From a virus: DNA of 64,000 nucleotides. Below, one piece after another: positions 20,859 to 31,939 of this stretch (position 1 is the first letter of the stretch; each line of letters begins with the position of its first letter). Where the stretch lies: the IMG/VR virus record IMGVR_UViG_3300024274_000264; one strand, 5' to 3'. The position numbers were made by a program, and so were the translations under genes. Under the pieces are notes generated by a model. That model saw nothing but the letters and a program-made list of their open reading frames with translations. It ran no database searches and was not told the DNA's origin.

Positions 20859-22180
20859 TGCCATATTTTGACATATATTCAAAAGCAAGTTTAAGGGGTT
20901 CTTATACGGATAATTTTATTTCTGGTTCTCCGCTGGTTGGAAAAGGATCAAGTGGTATACCTCAAATAAATTCTAAAAGAGGAGTTACAATATCAAGATA
21001 TATAAGCTCACTTTTAAACGGTTTCCCAGTTTCGACTATAATTCTACCACAAAACTTCGAAAATTCTTATACGGAATATAGAACAGCATTAACAAATAGT
21101 TTAACTCTTATTAATAAAAACAATAGATTTGTTAATGCTTTTTCAGAAAACGAATATTATTATGATAGTTTTGTTCCTGATATGAATGAAATTTTTCGAG
21201 TTGATAATGGTAAACTAATATTAATAAACACTCCAAAAGGAAATTCTTCTCAAATAACTTTTTTTGAATATGTTTTTGGTACAAGCACATATTCTGCATC
21301 AATTGAAAGTTTCGAATCTCATAGTTTAACAAGTTCAAATGGCCAACAAATTTCAAATGATAAATGGATCACTTCTTTTCCATTTGAAATAAAATATAGA
21401 AATGCGGCAAGATTACAAGGTAAACCTTTTAGTATCGAAAACTTATATTATAAAGTATCTGGTTCAGTTTTCAATAATTCTCCAGTGCTTGTATATGGAA
21501 CTTCATCCATAGAATTTCCAATAACGAAATTACCTCCTTTTCAAGCTTTAACAGATGGTTTCTGGGGGAATTTGCCAAGTTTTCCTGCATCAATTTCATC
21601 AGGTAGTATTATTTTTGGTTTTCTTTTTCCTTCTGGTGCTTTGCCTACAAATCCAGAATCTGGAAATGGTTATAGCGCGGTAAATAGAACAATACATGGA
21701 ATTTTAGCAGATAAAACTTCTAGTGCAAATTCATTAACTTCGTTCAATGAAACAACATTGTTTTTTTCAAGTTCCAAACAATCTTCTACAATTAAATTTC
21801 TATATGGATTTGGAGATGGATTTAATGGACTTGGAGAATTTATAACAACCCAGCCAAATTCACTTTTTGGGTTTTCAATGGCCTCTGTTTATTTTGGTTC
21901 TCTTATTAGAGGTTGGAAATATGGATTAAAATCTGGGTTCCCAGAAAAAAGTAAAGTTCTTATTGAACGGTTACCTCACGGAGAATTAAAATTCAAACAT
22001 ACAAATCGACTATTTTCTGCAATGTATGACTTAAAATCAAAAACTTTAACTTATCCACTAAAGATATCATTTTTAAGTGGCTCTACAGATAGAACATTAT
22101 CCATCTCAGCTTCGCTAAATACGAGAGATAGTGGGATTTATGATTTATATTACAGAGCAGGTCGCCCATTTTTTGAATAA
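20858..22180 (+). CDS. Putative virion structural protein
   Basis: 440 aa, Ser/Gly/Phe-rich, LYGFGDG and IRGWKYGL. TAATG overlap. Confidence 0.7.
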   Translation: MPYFDIYSKASLRGSYTDNFISGSPLVGKGSSGIPQINSKRGVTISRYISSLLNGFPVSTIILPQNFENSYTEYRTALTNSLTLINKNNRFVNAFSENEYYYDSFVPDMNEIFRVDNGKLILINTPKGNSSQITFFEYVFGTSTYSASIESFESHSLTSSNGQQISNDKWITSFPFEIKYRNAARLQGKPFSIENLYYKVSGSVFNNSPVLVYGTSSIEFPITKLPPFQALTDGFWGNLPSFPASISSGSIIFGFLFPSGALPTNPESGNGYSAVNRTIHGILADKTSSANSLTSFNETTLFFSSSKQSSTIKFLYGFGDGFNGLGEFITTQPNSLFGFSMASVYFGSLIRGWKYGLKSGFPEKSKVLIERLPHGELKFKHTNRLFSAMYDLKSKTLTYPLKISFLSGSTDRTLSISASLNTRDSGIYDLYYRAGRPFFE

Positions 22181-22194
22181 TTAGGTAAAATATA

Positions 22195-23169
22195 ATGAGT
22201 GGTTTTTTAAATCCAAAAGAACGAATTTTAGATATAAATCTTACTGAAGAGGGCCGAAAACAACTTTCAAGAGGAAAACTATCAATTAAGTTTTGTTCTT
22301 TTTCGGATTCTTCACTAGTTTATTCAGCTTTAGATCAATTTGATAGCGGATCTTTTTCTGAATTAAATACAAAACGATTAGGATTTGAGGCCGACTCTCG
22401 GCCCCAAGATACAATCATCTTTCATATGAATGAAAATGGAAATTTAAATATTCCTATCAATCTTAAACTATCTGGCTCAAACAATGTTTTTAAAGTAATA
22501 GATGGAAAACTATTTTTCAGTTCAGGAAGCACAACATTAACAGGAAGTCAAGAAAATTTAGGCGATTTCAGTAAACAAATTCTAAGTACGAGTTTTCAAA
22601 ATTTTAAAGATCTTTCTTTGTTAAGTTCCCCCAAATTTAACAATGAAAATATCGAATTTAAACTTTCTACAAATCAAATAGAGTTTGATATAACAAGAAA
22701 AAGTCCAATAAATATAGAAACTGAGATATTTGAAAGCAATATCAATCAGGCTGAAAGTTTTTTTATTGATAAAAGGTTATCAAATCTCCCAAACTACAAA
22801 TTCCTTCCACCTATTAATAAAAAAACAAATAACGCCGAATCTATTCCACTTGGAATTTATCCAAATTTAGGAAAACAAGAAAGTTTATCGGTTTCCGATC
22901 TTGATAAAGAATTATCTTTATTAAAATCTAGAGGTTCATATAAAAAAATAAATTTTTCTAATTCTAGTCCTGCGAATACAATAATAGGACAACTTTTCGA
23001 AGTAAATAAAAATAATATAGCGAAATTAGATATTATTGATTTTGGAATACAAATGTTTAAAGAAAACAATCAGGTAATTTCGAGACATGTTTTTTTTGCG
23101 GGAAAAATATTCTTAGATGAAAATGGAACTTATACATTTGTTAATATTTTCACACTAGTCTTTTCCTAA
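22195..23169 (+). CDS. Structural protein with tail-collar-fibre-like N-terminal motif
   Basis: GFLNPKERILDINLTEEGRKQLSRG...FSD aligns with the N-terminus of 31189..31902. Confidence 0.65.
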   Translation: MSGFLNPKERILDINLTEEGRKQLSRGKLSIKFCSFSDSSLVYSALDQFDSGSFSELNTKRLGFEADSRPQDTIIFHMNENGNLNIPINLKLSGSNNVFKVIDGKLFFSSGSTTLTGSQENLGDFSKQILSTSFQNFKDLSLLSSPKFNNENIEFKLSTNQIEFDITRKSPINIETEIFESNINQAESFFIDKRLSNLPNYKFLPPINKKTNNAESIPLGIYPNLGKQESLSVSDLDKELSLLKSRGSYKKINFSNSSPANTIIGQLFEVNKNNIAKLDIIDFGIQMFKENNQVISRHVFFAGKIFLDENGTYTFVNIFTLVFS

Positions 23170-23201
23170 TAGTATAAAATTTTATACTTAGATTGAGACT
23201 G

Positions 23202-25592
23202 ATGAAATTCACAAATAAAATATCCGAAACGATTATACTTGCAAATGAATTGAATTTTGCAGATTTGGTCCAGGTTAATACGACAAATATCGTATATAGA
23301 ATTTCATTTGAAATCGATTTAAATGAAGCCGCAAAGAAAAACAATTCTTTTTCTGGTAAAATATTTGTATCCAAGGCAAAAAAAAGCAAAACTGAACCAG
23401 TTTTTAACTCAGATTTAAACATAGGTAAAAAAAGTCAACCAGTTGCAAAAGATTCAAAATTGGGAAATCTTAAAATCATTGAAAATATTCAACAGCTTTC
23501 AATTATTCGGAAAGAAACCGCAACAAGTAATGATCAAAACATAATCTTTACAAAAAATTTTTCAATGTTTGATTTTGCTTCAATCGATGCAATTGAAAAA
23601 AGTAAAAAAAATAGCTATTCGACTGAAGAAAAACAGGAAATACTAAAACCGATTGCACAAATAGATAAAGTTAAAGAGTTTATTCCAAATTATAAATTAA
23701 CAAGCGATTCATCTGGACATACTATCACATCTCAAATGGAGATCGCGTTGAATGGTGGGACTGACCCAGCCATGTTAATTTCTAAAACTAGGGGAATAAA
23801 AAATGCAAATAAAACAACTGGTGGTATTTCTGTTTCTTACAAACCATTAAACGAAGTTCAAAATGCGATTGTCTCACAGCGGCAAAATATCCCACAAATC
23901 TCAAGCAATGCCTTAGCGACAACAATAAAAACTATATCAAAAACTACAGTAAAAGTAGTCATTGATATAACTTTTGAAAAAAATTTGATTAATTCATTAA
24001 ATGAACTTTTTTTTGAAATTGAAATGTATGATGATGCAGCTAGACCAACGGCTAATAAACAATTGATTGTTAATCATAAAAGAAAATTAGACATATTTCT
24101 AACTCCAAAATTTTCTCCAAAAATTATCTCATTTTATCGTCGCAATTCTGATGGAAAACTTGTTTTATTCGTAAAACAAAATGACGAAAATGCAACAGGA
24201 ATTTCTTTGTTTTATAAAGAAGTAGATAAAAAAAATTCAGATAATAAATACTTTTATCTTGGTAGTTACGAGATAAAAAAAAGTGACGGAGAAAAAAGAA
24301 TTGAAATTAATAAAACCTTAAATAAAAAAATTATATTAAGGGCAATTTCAAATTATCAAAATTCAAAAAATTGTTTGCTTTTTGACTCAGTTGTTATTGA
24401 TGAAAATAAGGATATAAATATTGAAAATACAAATAAGCAGTTATACGAATCTGTTTTAACTTATCAAATTAATCAAGATAATTCTATTTTAATAAATGGT
24501 ACTGTAAACGAAACAAATGTTTCATCAATTTTATTATATAAAAAACTTTTAAATTCAAAAGAAGAAATTTTATTATTTGGACCATATAAATTAGATTCAA
24601 CTAAAAATTTTAGTTTCAAAGATGATAGTTCAAAAATAAATTCAATTTACGAATATTATATTAAGATAATAAAAAAAGATGGAGTTTTAGCAGAGACAAA
24701 TTCTCGAATTGTAGTACAAAATAAAGAAACCGTTGCCAATATTTTAACAACGGAAATTATAAATCCTTTAAACTCTATAAATGCAAATGGAATTAATGTT
24801 GAATTCGAACTTAAAACAAATTTGGAAAGAAAAAATATAACTTTAGTTATAGAAAATTTTAAAACTTTAGGTATATATGATTTATATAAAGATCTTTTTG
24901 ATTCGAGTGATATTTCAACATCATTTGTCTATCGGGTAACTAGAACAAACGTTCAAACAGGCGCAGAAGAAGATTTTGGAATAATTGCTAGCTCTAAATT
25001 TAATGATTCTTTTTTAAGAACACAAAAAAATGTTAGAGAGCTGGAGAGCGGGTTTCAATATAGATATAAAGTTTATACATATTTTCGAACTCCTGCCACG
25101 TTATTGCCTAAATTAGTTTTAAATGAAACTTTCAGAGATATAACATATCAATATTATCCATATTTTTCGAGACATCCATTTACATTAAAAAATGGAACAA
25201 TTGTTACTGAAAACACACTAAAAGAACAACATTCGGAAAGTGATTATTCTTTCGGACCAACAGGCGAAATAATTGAATATTTGGCAGATTTTACTAAAAA
25301 TTTACCTGTGATTAAAGATATAAAAGCATTTAACCACAATAAAAATATCAATATTTTAAATTGGACTGTTGACGGAAATCTAGAAAAAATCGATCATTTT
25401 ATTATAACACTAGTTCAGCTTGGAGTAAAATCTGTAGTTGGCAGTTCTCATAATATTTCTGATTCCAATTCGTTTACATTTTATGATATTTTAACTGATG
25501 GAGAATCGGGAGAGGTTTACTATACAGTAATTCCAGTTTATTTTGATTATTCTTTGGGGCAAGAAATTTCAAGTAATACAATCATTATATAA
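23202..25592 (+). CDS. Putative structural protein with Ig/FN3-like beta domains
   Basis: YEYYIKII, FQYRYKVY, NILNWTVDG, YYTVIPV. ATG at 23202 is preferred over the TTG at 23193. Confidence 0.65.
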   Translation: MKFTNKISETIILANELNFADLVQVNTTNIVYRISFEIDLNEAAKKNNSFSGKIFVSKAKKSKTEPVFNSDLNIGKKSQPVAKDSKLGNLKIIENIQQLSIIRKETATSNDQNIIFTKNFSMFDFASIDAIEKSKKNSYSTEEKQEILKPIAQIDKVKEFIPNYKLTSDSSGHTITSQMEIALNGGTDPAMLISKTRGIKNANKTTGGISVSYKPLNEVQNAIVSQRQNIPQISSNALATTIKTISKTTVKVVIDITFEKNLINSLNELFFEIEMYDDAARPTANKQLIVNHKRKLDIFLTPKFSPKIISFYRRNSDGKLVLFVKQNDENATGISLFYKEVDKKNSDNKYFYLGSYEIKKSDGEKRIEINKTLNKKIILRAISNYQNSKNCLLFDSVVIDENKDINIENTNKQLYESVLTYQINQDNSILINGTVNETNVSSILLYKKLLNSKEEILLFGPYKLDSTKNFSFKDDSSKINSIYEYYIKIIKKDGVLAETNSRIVVQNKETVANILTTEIINPLNSINANGINVEFELKTNLERKNITLVIENFKTLGIYDLYKDLFDSSDISTSFVYRVTRTNVQTGAEEDFGIIASSKFNDSFLRTQKNVRELESGFQYRYKVYTYFRTPATLLPKLVLNETFRDITYQYYPYFSRHPFTLKNGTIVTENTLKEQHSESDYSFGPTGEIIEYLADFTKNLPVIKDIKAFNHNKNINILNWTVDGNLEKIDHFIITLVQLGVKSVVGSSHNISDSNSFTFYDILTDGESGEVYYTVIPVYFDYSLGQEISSNTIII

Positions 25593-25596
25593 TGAT

Positions 25597-28500
25597 ATGG
25601 CTATTAACAATTCTGGCATTTCGATACGTAGTGGAAATAAAATTGCAGATTCTGGGAATCTGACCACTCAGGCAATTCTTCCAACAAAAATTACTTCTCA
25701 AATCGCTAGTGCAAATCCTGGTGACGTTTTGACTGCAACTGTTTTAGGAACGACAAGTAAAATTATCGTAGATAAAGAATTGGTTCAAAATGCTAAAAAA
25801 ACACCAACTAGCCCATATTCACTTTCTGGTAATGTTCCTGCTTCTACATTAAATCCTTCTGTTAAAACAGTTAAAAAACAAAAAACAGAAAAACAAAAAC
25901 TTATAGAAAATTTATATTTTAAACCTGATGTTTTAACTCTACCACCAAATACATCAACAAATAATAGATTTAAAAACAGTAGTTTAAAAGGAATCGCTAG
26001 CCAAAGACCAGAAATTATTTCACTAACTGATTTCAAACCAATTTTTGAAAATCAAAAAATTTTGAAATATAACAACTTGGGTTATTTTTTTGATTACAAA
26101 TTTCAACTCTTAAAATTAAGAGAGAAAACTATTGAAAATATAAAAAAAGTATTTGCAATAAATCCATTAGTTAAAACAGAATACGAAAGAATAAATAAAA
26201 ATTTTCAAGATTTTATCAAAACCGAAGAAGAAAAACTTAAACTTATAGAAAGTTTTGTAACAATATTTCAATCTATCGATAAAGCCTTTCAAATTCGAGA
26301 AATTGATAAAACATTTTTTGAAACAAATGGAATGTTGGATATCGAAAACTTTTTTATTGGAAAAATGAATTATAGTAAAATTTCTTATAATTCATTTTCT
26401 GATACTAAAATATTATATCAACTACTTTTTGATTTAAGAGCAGCGTCAGAAAATTTTAGTATTAATTTATTAAACTTAGCTGATCCAGATAGAGAAAATG
26501 ATACGAATTCTGTTAAAATAGATACAACTTATACAAAAGTAAACAATTTTACATTCGATGTAAATACGTTATCAACCAAAATAAATGGTGGTGCCCCAAA
26601 ATTAAGTTTAAACGAAAGCAATTTTTTTAATTTTCTCAATTCTTTACCAGGAGATTTATCTAGCCGTATTAAAATATGTCTTCACACATTTGGTAGAATT
26701 CTTCGTATTTCAAAAGGTTTAAATAAACCAAATGTTAAATCTATGTTTTCAAACAACTTTTCCGTTTCAACAGATTTTAATCCATTTGATAATATTATAG
26801 GAATTATACCAACCGATATTTTCACTCAGCCACATGGAAATGGAACAATAGCAAGTACACTACTGCTTTCAGATACAATAAATTCAAATATAAAAATACT
26901 TCCGTTCGAAAATACAATAGTTGATGATGGAGAAACCAAGTATGTCCCTGGAACTGTTTATTTCAAAGATGATCTCATCGAGACAACAAATACAGTTTCT
27001 TTATTAAATTATGGAGAAAATTTGGTTTCGAAAATATCAAACACATCTTTTTTATACAATGAAATATTTGATTTTAATAATCTAAATTATAATTTAATCC
27101 CACAAAATTTAATCAAAAATATTTTTGAAACTGTAAAAAACACAATAAGCTATTGTACAAGTACAACAGTGGCATCGCCAGAAAGTTTAATAATACCAGC
27201 ATTATTTAATTTGTCTAACACAGATAAGGTTTTGAAATTTTATTTATTTCAATTTATATTACTTTTAGGTTTGGCTAAAGCTACCAAAGAATCTAATTTT
27301 GAACTTTTTAGAAAATTAAAAACAGAAATAAAAACACTAAAAAACTTTCCAAATGTAGAGTTGGATTTAACTCTCGCAAATGATACCGATCAAAGTTCAT
27401 CTATTAAAAATGCTGCTGCAAAACTGGCAAATACAATAACAACATATGTTTCTAAAGTCTTAACAGAAAATTCTATATTACAATTAAACACAGATGCAAC
27501 TTTTAGTCCACCACCAAGAAACGATGGTTTTTCTTCTCTCTATCTTCAAACCAATGAATTGATCTCAAAAACACTGTTGGACACAATAAGCGCGACGGTT
27601 TCTAACAAGCCAAATCTTTTCAAGGATTTTCTTGATCTCGCAAATGTTTTTTACAATGCTGCAACTCCATTTTTAAATGAAGGAACAGAACAATTGACAA
27701 CAAGTTCATATCTTAATATTAGTTTGTCCAATGTAATGCTTTTATTGTTCGAAACAATTTCTAGTATTTCTGGTAAATTTTTGTCAATTAAATTTGATTT
27801 AGATAATGGAAAAATTTTTGGTTTATTATATCATTCAAAATACTTAAAAGCCTCCCAGCGGGCAATAGAAAAACTTTTAACAGGATTACCAAAAAATCTA
27901 TATAGTTTTCAAACAGAAATTGTTGTTCCGTTTAACCAGGGTACAGCAACTTCAAATGAACAATATATTTTACCACTAGCAACTCCATTTCTTTATGAAG
28001 ATGAAGATTATATAAGAAAATTTGATTATTTCCATACGGAATACAAAGATTTATATGATACTCTCCAAGGAGAAGATTCTTTTTTAAGAAATATTTTATC
28101 TATTTTTGAGTCGATATCTTTTAACTTTAATCAAATTAAAAGATATACAGAAAATACTTTTTCTCGTTTAACAGACGAACAGAAGCAAATAATTAATCAA
28201 AATTCAGGAATAATACAACCTGCCCAGTTCGCATTAGCTAAAAAATTATTAACTAAGCTTAAACAAGAAAATACTTTAACAAATATATTAAAAGATAATG
28301 AATTTTATCATCTATCAAGTTTTTCAATAAATCAAAATATTTCAAATGATAAGAGCAAAATTTTAACAGTTGGCATTCCTAATGGTTTTATTGACAATGT
28401 AAAAGAAAGATTAAATAAAATTAGTGCTATAAATGGCCAAGAACAAATTGTCGATTTTAAAAACGAAACAAACGTAATTTCTATTAACGTTTATAAAAAA

Positions 28501-29226
28501 AGCTTATTAAACGAAGAAATTATTTTTAAACCACAAAAATTTCTATTTGATTTGACATTAAGTGTCTCAGACTATGATAAAACAATAATTCTTGATCCAA
28601 CAGATACTTTCGAAAACAATAATAAGTTTTTAAAATTTATAGAAAACGAAAACCTTTTATTGATAGCTAAGACAAAGCAAGAGGTTTTAAAAAATGAAAA
28701 ATATAAATTTTTAAACTCTCAAGAAAAAGAAATGATAATTGTGAATTTAATAAAATCGCACCTATTATCAAAGTATTGTTATTTAAGTACAGGACTTGAG
28801 ATCTCAGAAGAGTCGTTTCCCCTTGTTAGTTATGATTTTAATGTTTCGGATGAATTTGATGCATTTTTACGTTTATATTTGCAAACATTAGATATTTCAC
28901 CACTTTCATTTGAACAAGTTTTAAATGATCAAACAATAGATCAAAATGTAAAGGATAATGTAATTTTAATCAAAAAAGTTTTTAATGAATTCGATAGCAA
29001 AACTACCGATTCGATAATTTTTACGCCGAAAACTTTTGATAAAATTTTTAATATTGTAGTTGATGTAAAATCTTTTGAAATAGATACTGAACTGACAACT
29101 CCGAGGACACTTGAAAATGAGCAAATAAAAAATCGTCTATTTAAAAAAGACAATAAATTATTCATTAATAGTTTTAATGATGCCGATATGGATGAATTTT
29201 ATATAGCAGTAGAGATATTAGGATGA
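25597..29226 (+). CDS. Large putative virion protein
   Basis: About 1210 aa. The ATG at 25597 follows the upstream stop at 25592, whereas the track start at 25543 overlaps the previous gene. Confidence 0.7.
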   Translation: MAINNSGISIRSGNKIADSGNLTTQAILPTKITSQIASANPGDVLTATVLGTTSKIIVDKELVQNAKKTPTSPYSLSGNVPASTLNPSVKTVKKQKTEKQKLIENLYFKPDVLTLPPNTSTNNRFKNSSLKGIASQRPEIISLTDFKPIFENQKILKYNNLGYFFDYKFQLLKLREKTIENIKKVFAINPLVKTEYERINKNFQDFIKTEEEKLKLIESFVTIFQSIDKAFQIREIDKTFFETNGMLDIENFFIGKMNYSKISYNSFSDTKILYQLLFDLRAASENFSINLLNLADPDRENDTNSVKIDTTYTKVNNFTFDVNTLSTKINGGAPKLSLNESNFFNFLNSLPGDLSSRIKICLHTFGRILRISKGLNKPNVKSMFSNNFSVSTDFNPFDNIIGIIPTDIFTQPHGNGTIASTLLLSDTINSNIKILPFENTIVDDGETKYVPGTVYFKDDLIETTNTVSLLNYGENLVSKISNTSFLYNEIFDFNNLNYNLIPQNLIKNIFETVKNTISYCTSTTVASPESLIIPALFNLSNTDKVLKFYLFQFILLLGLAKATKESNFELFRKLKTEIKTLKNFPNVELDLTLANDTDQSSSIKNAAAKLANTITTYVSKVLTENSILQLNTDATFSPPPRNDGFSSLYLQTNELISKTLLDTISATVSNKPNLFKDFLDLANVFYNAATPFLNEGTEQLTTSSYLNISLSNVMLLLFETISSISGKFLSIKFDLDNGKIFGLLYHSKYLKASQRAIEKLLTGLPKNLYSFQTEIVVPFNQGTATSNEQYILPLATPFLYEDEDYIRKFDYFHTEYKDLYDTLQGEDSFLRNILSIFESISFNFNQIKRYTENTFSRLTDEQKQIINQNSGIIQPAQFALAKKLLTKLKQENTLTNILKDNEFYHLSSFSINQNISNDKSKILTVGIPNGFIDNVKERLNKISAINGQEQIVDFKNETNVISINVYKKSLLNEEIIFKPQKFLFDLTLSVSDYDKTIILDPTDTFENNNKFLKFIENENLLLIAKTKQEVLKNEKYKFLNSQEKEMIIVNLIKSHLLSKYCYLSTGLEISEESFPLVSYDFNVSDEFDAFLRLYLQTLDISPLSFEQVLNDQTIDQNVKDNVILIKKVFNEFDSKTTDSIIFTPKTFDKIFNIVVDVKSFEIDTELTTPRTLENEQIKNRLFKKDNKLFINSFNDADMDEFYIAVEILG

Positions 29227-31148
29227 CATTTACAAAACAAATTACATTGCCTTCAAAAAAAATTTCATTAATTGATGTTAAAGAACCTGAAAAGTTTGAC
29301 ATAAAATTTCAATATAATTTCTTTGTAAAAGATGAAAGAGCTAATTTCGCATATACAAATATGCCCAAAAGATTTAGGAGCGTAAATACTAGTGATGCAG
29401 CACTAGACACTCAACAAATCAATGATTTTAACTCTAGGGTTCCGAGATATAATTCATTAAATTGGACACCAGTATTAATTGGAAACAATAGGCAAATTTC
29501 AAATAGCATAAAAATAAAAGATAATATAAAGCAAATTTATTTTGAAGATGATTTTAGTTATGAAAATTTTAATGTTTTAGAAATTCAAGACTTATCGCCT
29601 ACAAAAAAAATTCAGTTGTTTTGTCAAACATTGCTAAAAAGTCTAAATGAAAAACTTGAAAACAAATCTTTGCTTGAGATTATTAAAACAGTAAATAAAA
29701 ATACTGACCAAGCGGTAAAACCAGAACTAATATCTTCTGGGTATTCTCATTCGGAATTTGGTCTTGGGTTTTATGACAAAGATTCCAGGGTTTCATCTGT
29801 AGAAAACTATGTAAAGCTTTTAAGAAACGTTAAAACTGATATTCAAATAAACAATAAAGTTTTGGGTGATTTAATCAATTTTAACGCAAATTTAAATTTG
29901 CTTAATCCTACAATTGATGAATTTCAGGATTTTTTAACTGAAGCTAAAAAAATTCAAAAAGAAGCAGAAACTCAAAATAATTCCAACTTAATAAATCAAG
30001 ATGAATTTGATTTTGAAATTAAAGATTATATAACACAAAAAGTTTTGTTTTCGTCAACACATACACCAGTAGTTCAATCTGTTGGTTATATAATTGAAAA
30101 AATTGAATTAAAACCAGATGGTAGCCAATCAATATATCCAGCACTGATCGTAGAAAATCCAAATAAAACAAATTATTTAGACATGGAAATCAAATATGGA
30201 GCAACTTATTCTTATTCCATAAGAAGTGTTTTTTATGTTGAAATCGAAGCTGTAGATGAAAGAAATGGATTGGTAAGTGCACTTGGAATTTTAGTTGCAA
30301 GCAAAGCAATGAACTCAGAACCAATTTTATGTAAAGAATTTTTACCTCCTCCACCTCCACAAGATATAGTTTTCAAACATATTCCAGAAGAAAAAGGATT
30401 AAAAATTTCTTGGAATTTTCCTGTTAATCCGCAGATGGATATTAAAAAATTTCAAGTTTTTAAACGAAATTCAATATATGAACCATATCAATTGCTTAAA
30501 GAATATGATTTTGACGATTCTGAAGTAAAGGAACTTTCAGGGGAGTTCCCAAATCAACTTTCAATTGAAAAATTAAGTTCTGCTAAAACGATTTATTATG
30601 ATTTTGATTTTTCGATAAATAAATCTTCGATTTATACACTAGCATCAATCGATGCACATGGAATCTCTTCTCAATATTCAACTCAATATAAAATTTCTTT
30701 TGATAAGATTCTTAATAGAATTAAAATAGATCCTATTTCTATTTCTGGTGCTCCAAAATCATATCCAAATTTATTTCTTGCCGAAGATATTTTTACAGAC
30801 AGTATTAAAGATCAGAATCATGCAACATTAGAGATATATTTTAATCCAGACTATCTTAAACTTTTTAATAAAAATGATAATCAGTTAGATTATTTGGCCA
30901 TTGGAAACAAAAATTCTTATCAATTGCAATTTATTAATTTAGATATTGCGGAACAGCAAATCTTAACAATTCAATTGAATGATAGAACAGAAAATGTTAT
31001 AAAAGAACCAATTGACTCTGCTTTTAATCTCACATTATTAAAACGATCTTTAAATGCCGAACGTATTAAGGGTATAAATTTAAATGATAATCTCCAAACT
31101 GAAGAGACAGTTCCTCGAAAAATAGATTCAATATTTAAAAAACAATAA
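29223..31148 (+). CDS. FN3-domain structural protein
   Basis: YLDMEIKYGATYSYSIRS, PPPPQDI...LKISWNFP...FQVFKR and YTLASIDAHGISS are FN3-like. Confidence 0.7.
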   Translation: MTFTKQITLPSKKISLIDVKEPEKFDIKFQYNFFVKDERANFAYTNMPKRFRSVNTSDAALDTQQINDFNSRVPRYNSLNWTPVLIGNNRQISNSIKIKDNIKQIYFEDDFSYENFNVLEIQDLSPTKKIQLFCQTLLKSLNEKLENKSLLEIIKTVNKNTDQAVKPELISSGYSHSEFGLGFYDKDSRVSSVENYVKLLRNVKTDIQINNKVLGDLINFNANLNLLNPTIDEFQDFLTEAKKIQKEAETQNNSNLINQDEFDFEIKDYITQKVLFSSTHTPVVQSVGYIIEKIELKPDGSQSIYPALIVENPNKTNYLDMEIKYGATYSYSIRSVFYVEIEAVDERNGLVSALGILVASKAMNSEPILCKEFLPPPPPQDIVFKHIPEEKGLKISWNFPVNPQMDIKKFQVFKRNSIYEPYQLLKEYDFDDSEVKELSGEFPNQLSIEKLSSAKTIYYDFDFSINKSSIYTLASIDAHGISSQYSTQYKISFDKILNRIKIDPISISGAPKSYPNLFLAEDIFTDSIKDQNHATLEIYFNPDYLKLFNKNDNQLDYLAIGNKNSYQLQFINLDIAEQQILTIQLNDRTENVIKEPIDSAFNLTLLKRSLNAERIKGINLNDNLQTEETVPRKIDSIFKKQ

Positions 31149-31188
31149 TGCAAAAATATATCTTCAATTAATTAAGTAAAGAAAATAA

Positions 31189-31902
31189 ATGGGTATATTA
31201 GATTCAACAACAACAAATATAAGCTTGGATGTAGTTTTAACTATCAAAGGAAGAGAATTGATCTCTCGGGGCGATGGGTCTTATAAAATATCAAAATTTG
31301 CTTTAGGAGATGATGAAGTAGATTATTCTATTATTCAAAAATATGGAAGAACTGTGGGCGTTGAAAAAATAGAAAAAAACACACCAGTGTTTGAAGGAAT
31401 TGCAAATGGTTCATATGCTCAAAAATTCAAATGCTTATCAGTTTCTAATCCTAACCTGCTAAGGCTTCCAATTGTTTCACTTCAAGGAATTGGTTTCGAT
31501 TCCAATTCTGAAATTTTAAGTATAGGAAATGTTTCTACAAAAACGAGAACAATAAGTCTCGAACAGACAATTAGAGAAGAAACAACAATTGATCCAGAAT
31601 TAAGAGATCAAACCTTTTTAATTTCTTTAGATTCTAGATTTTTAAATATTGTAGGTAAGAGACCTGACAATATTGATGGATTACGTCGCGCTGGTTATCT
31701 TTTAGATCGAGATGCTGGAGAAAACTCTCTTGGTGGGACCAAACTAACATTTACACTTGGCGTAAACAGTATTCCTGAATCAAATTTCACAATTTATGGT
31801 GCTACAAACAACAAAAACATTATCAATACTTATGTTGTTATCACTGGAACAGCTTCTGGCGCGACCAAACAATTTCAAGTGCAAATCTCTAAAACAAGTT
31901 AA
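31189..31902 (+). CDS. Baseplate/tail structural protein (LT.KGR...KFALGDDEVDY family)
   Basis: MGILD...LDVVLTIKGRELISRG..KISKFALGDDEVDY. Paralogous N-terminus with 22195. Confidence 0.7.
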   Translation: MGILDSTTTNISLDVVLTIKGRELISRGDGSYKISKFALGDDEVDYSIIQKYGRTVGVEKIEKNTPVFEGIANGSYAQKFKCLSVSNPNLLRLPIVSLQGIGFDSNSEILSIGNVSTKTRTISLEQTIREETTIDPELRDQTFLISLDSRFLNIVGKRPDNIDGLRRAGYLLDRDAGENSLGGTKLTFTLGVNSIPESNFTIYGATNNKNIINTYVVITGTASGATKQFQVQISKTS

Positions 31903-31939
31903 CGAAAACAATAGTGTGATAATTAATAGGTAATAAGCA

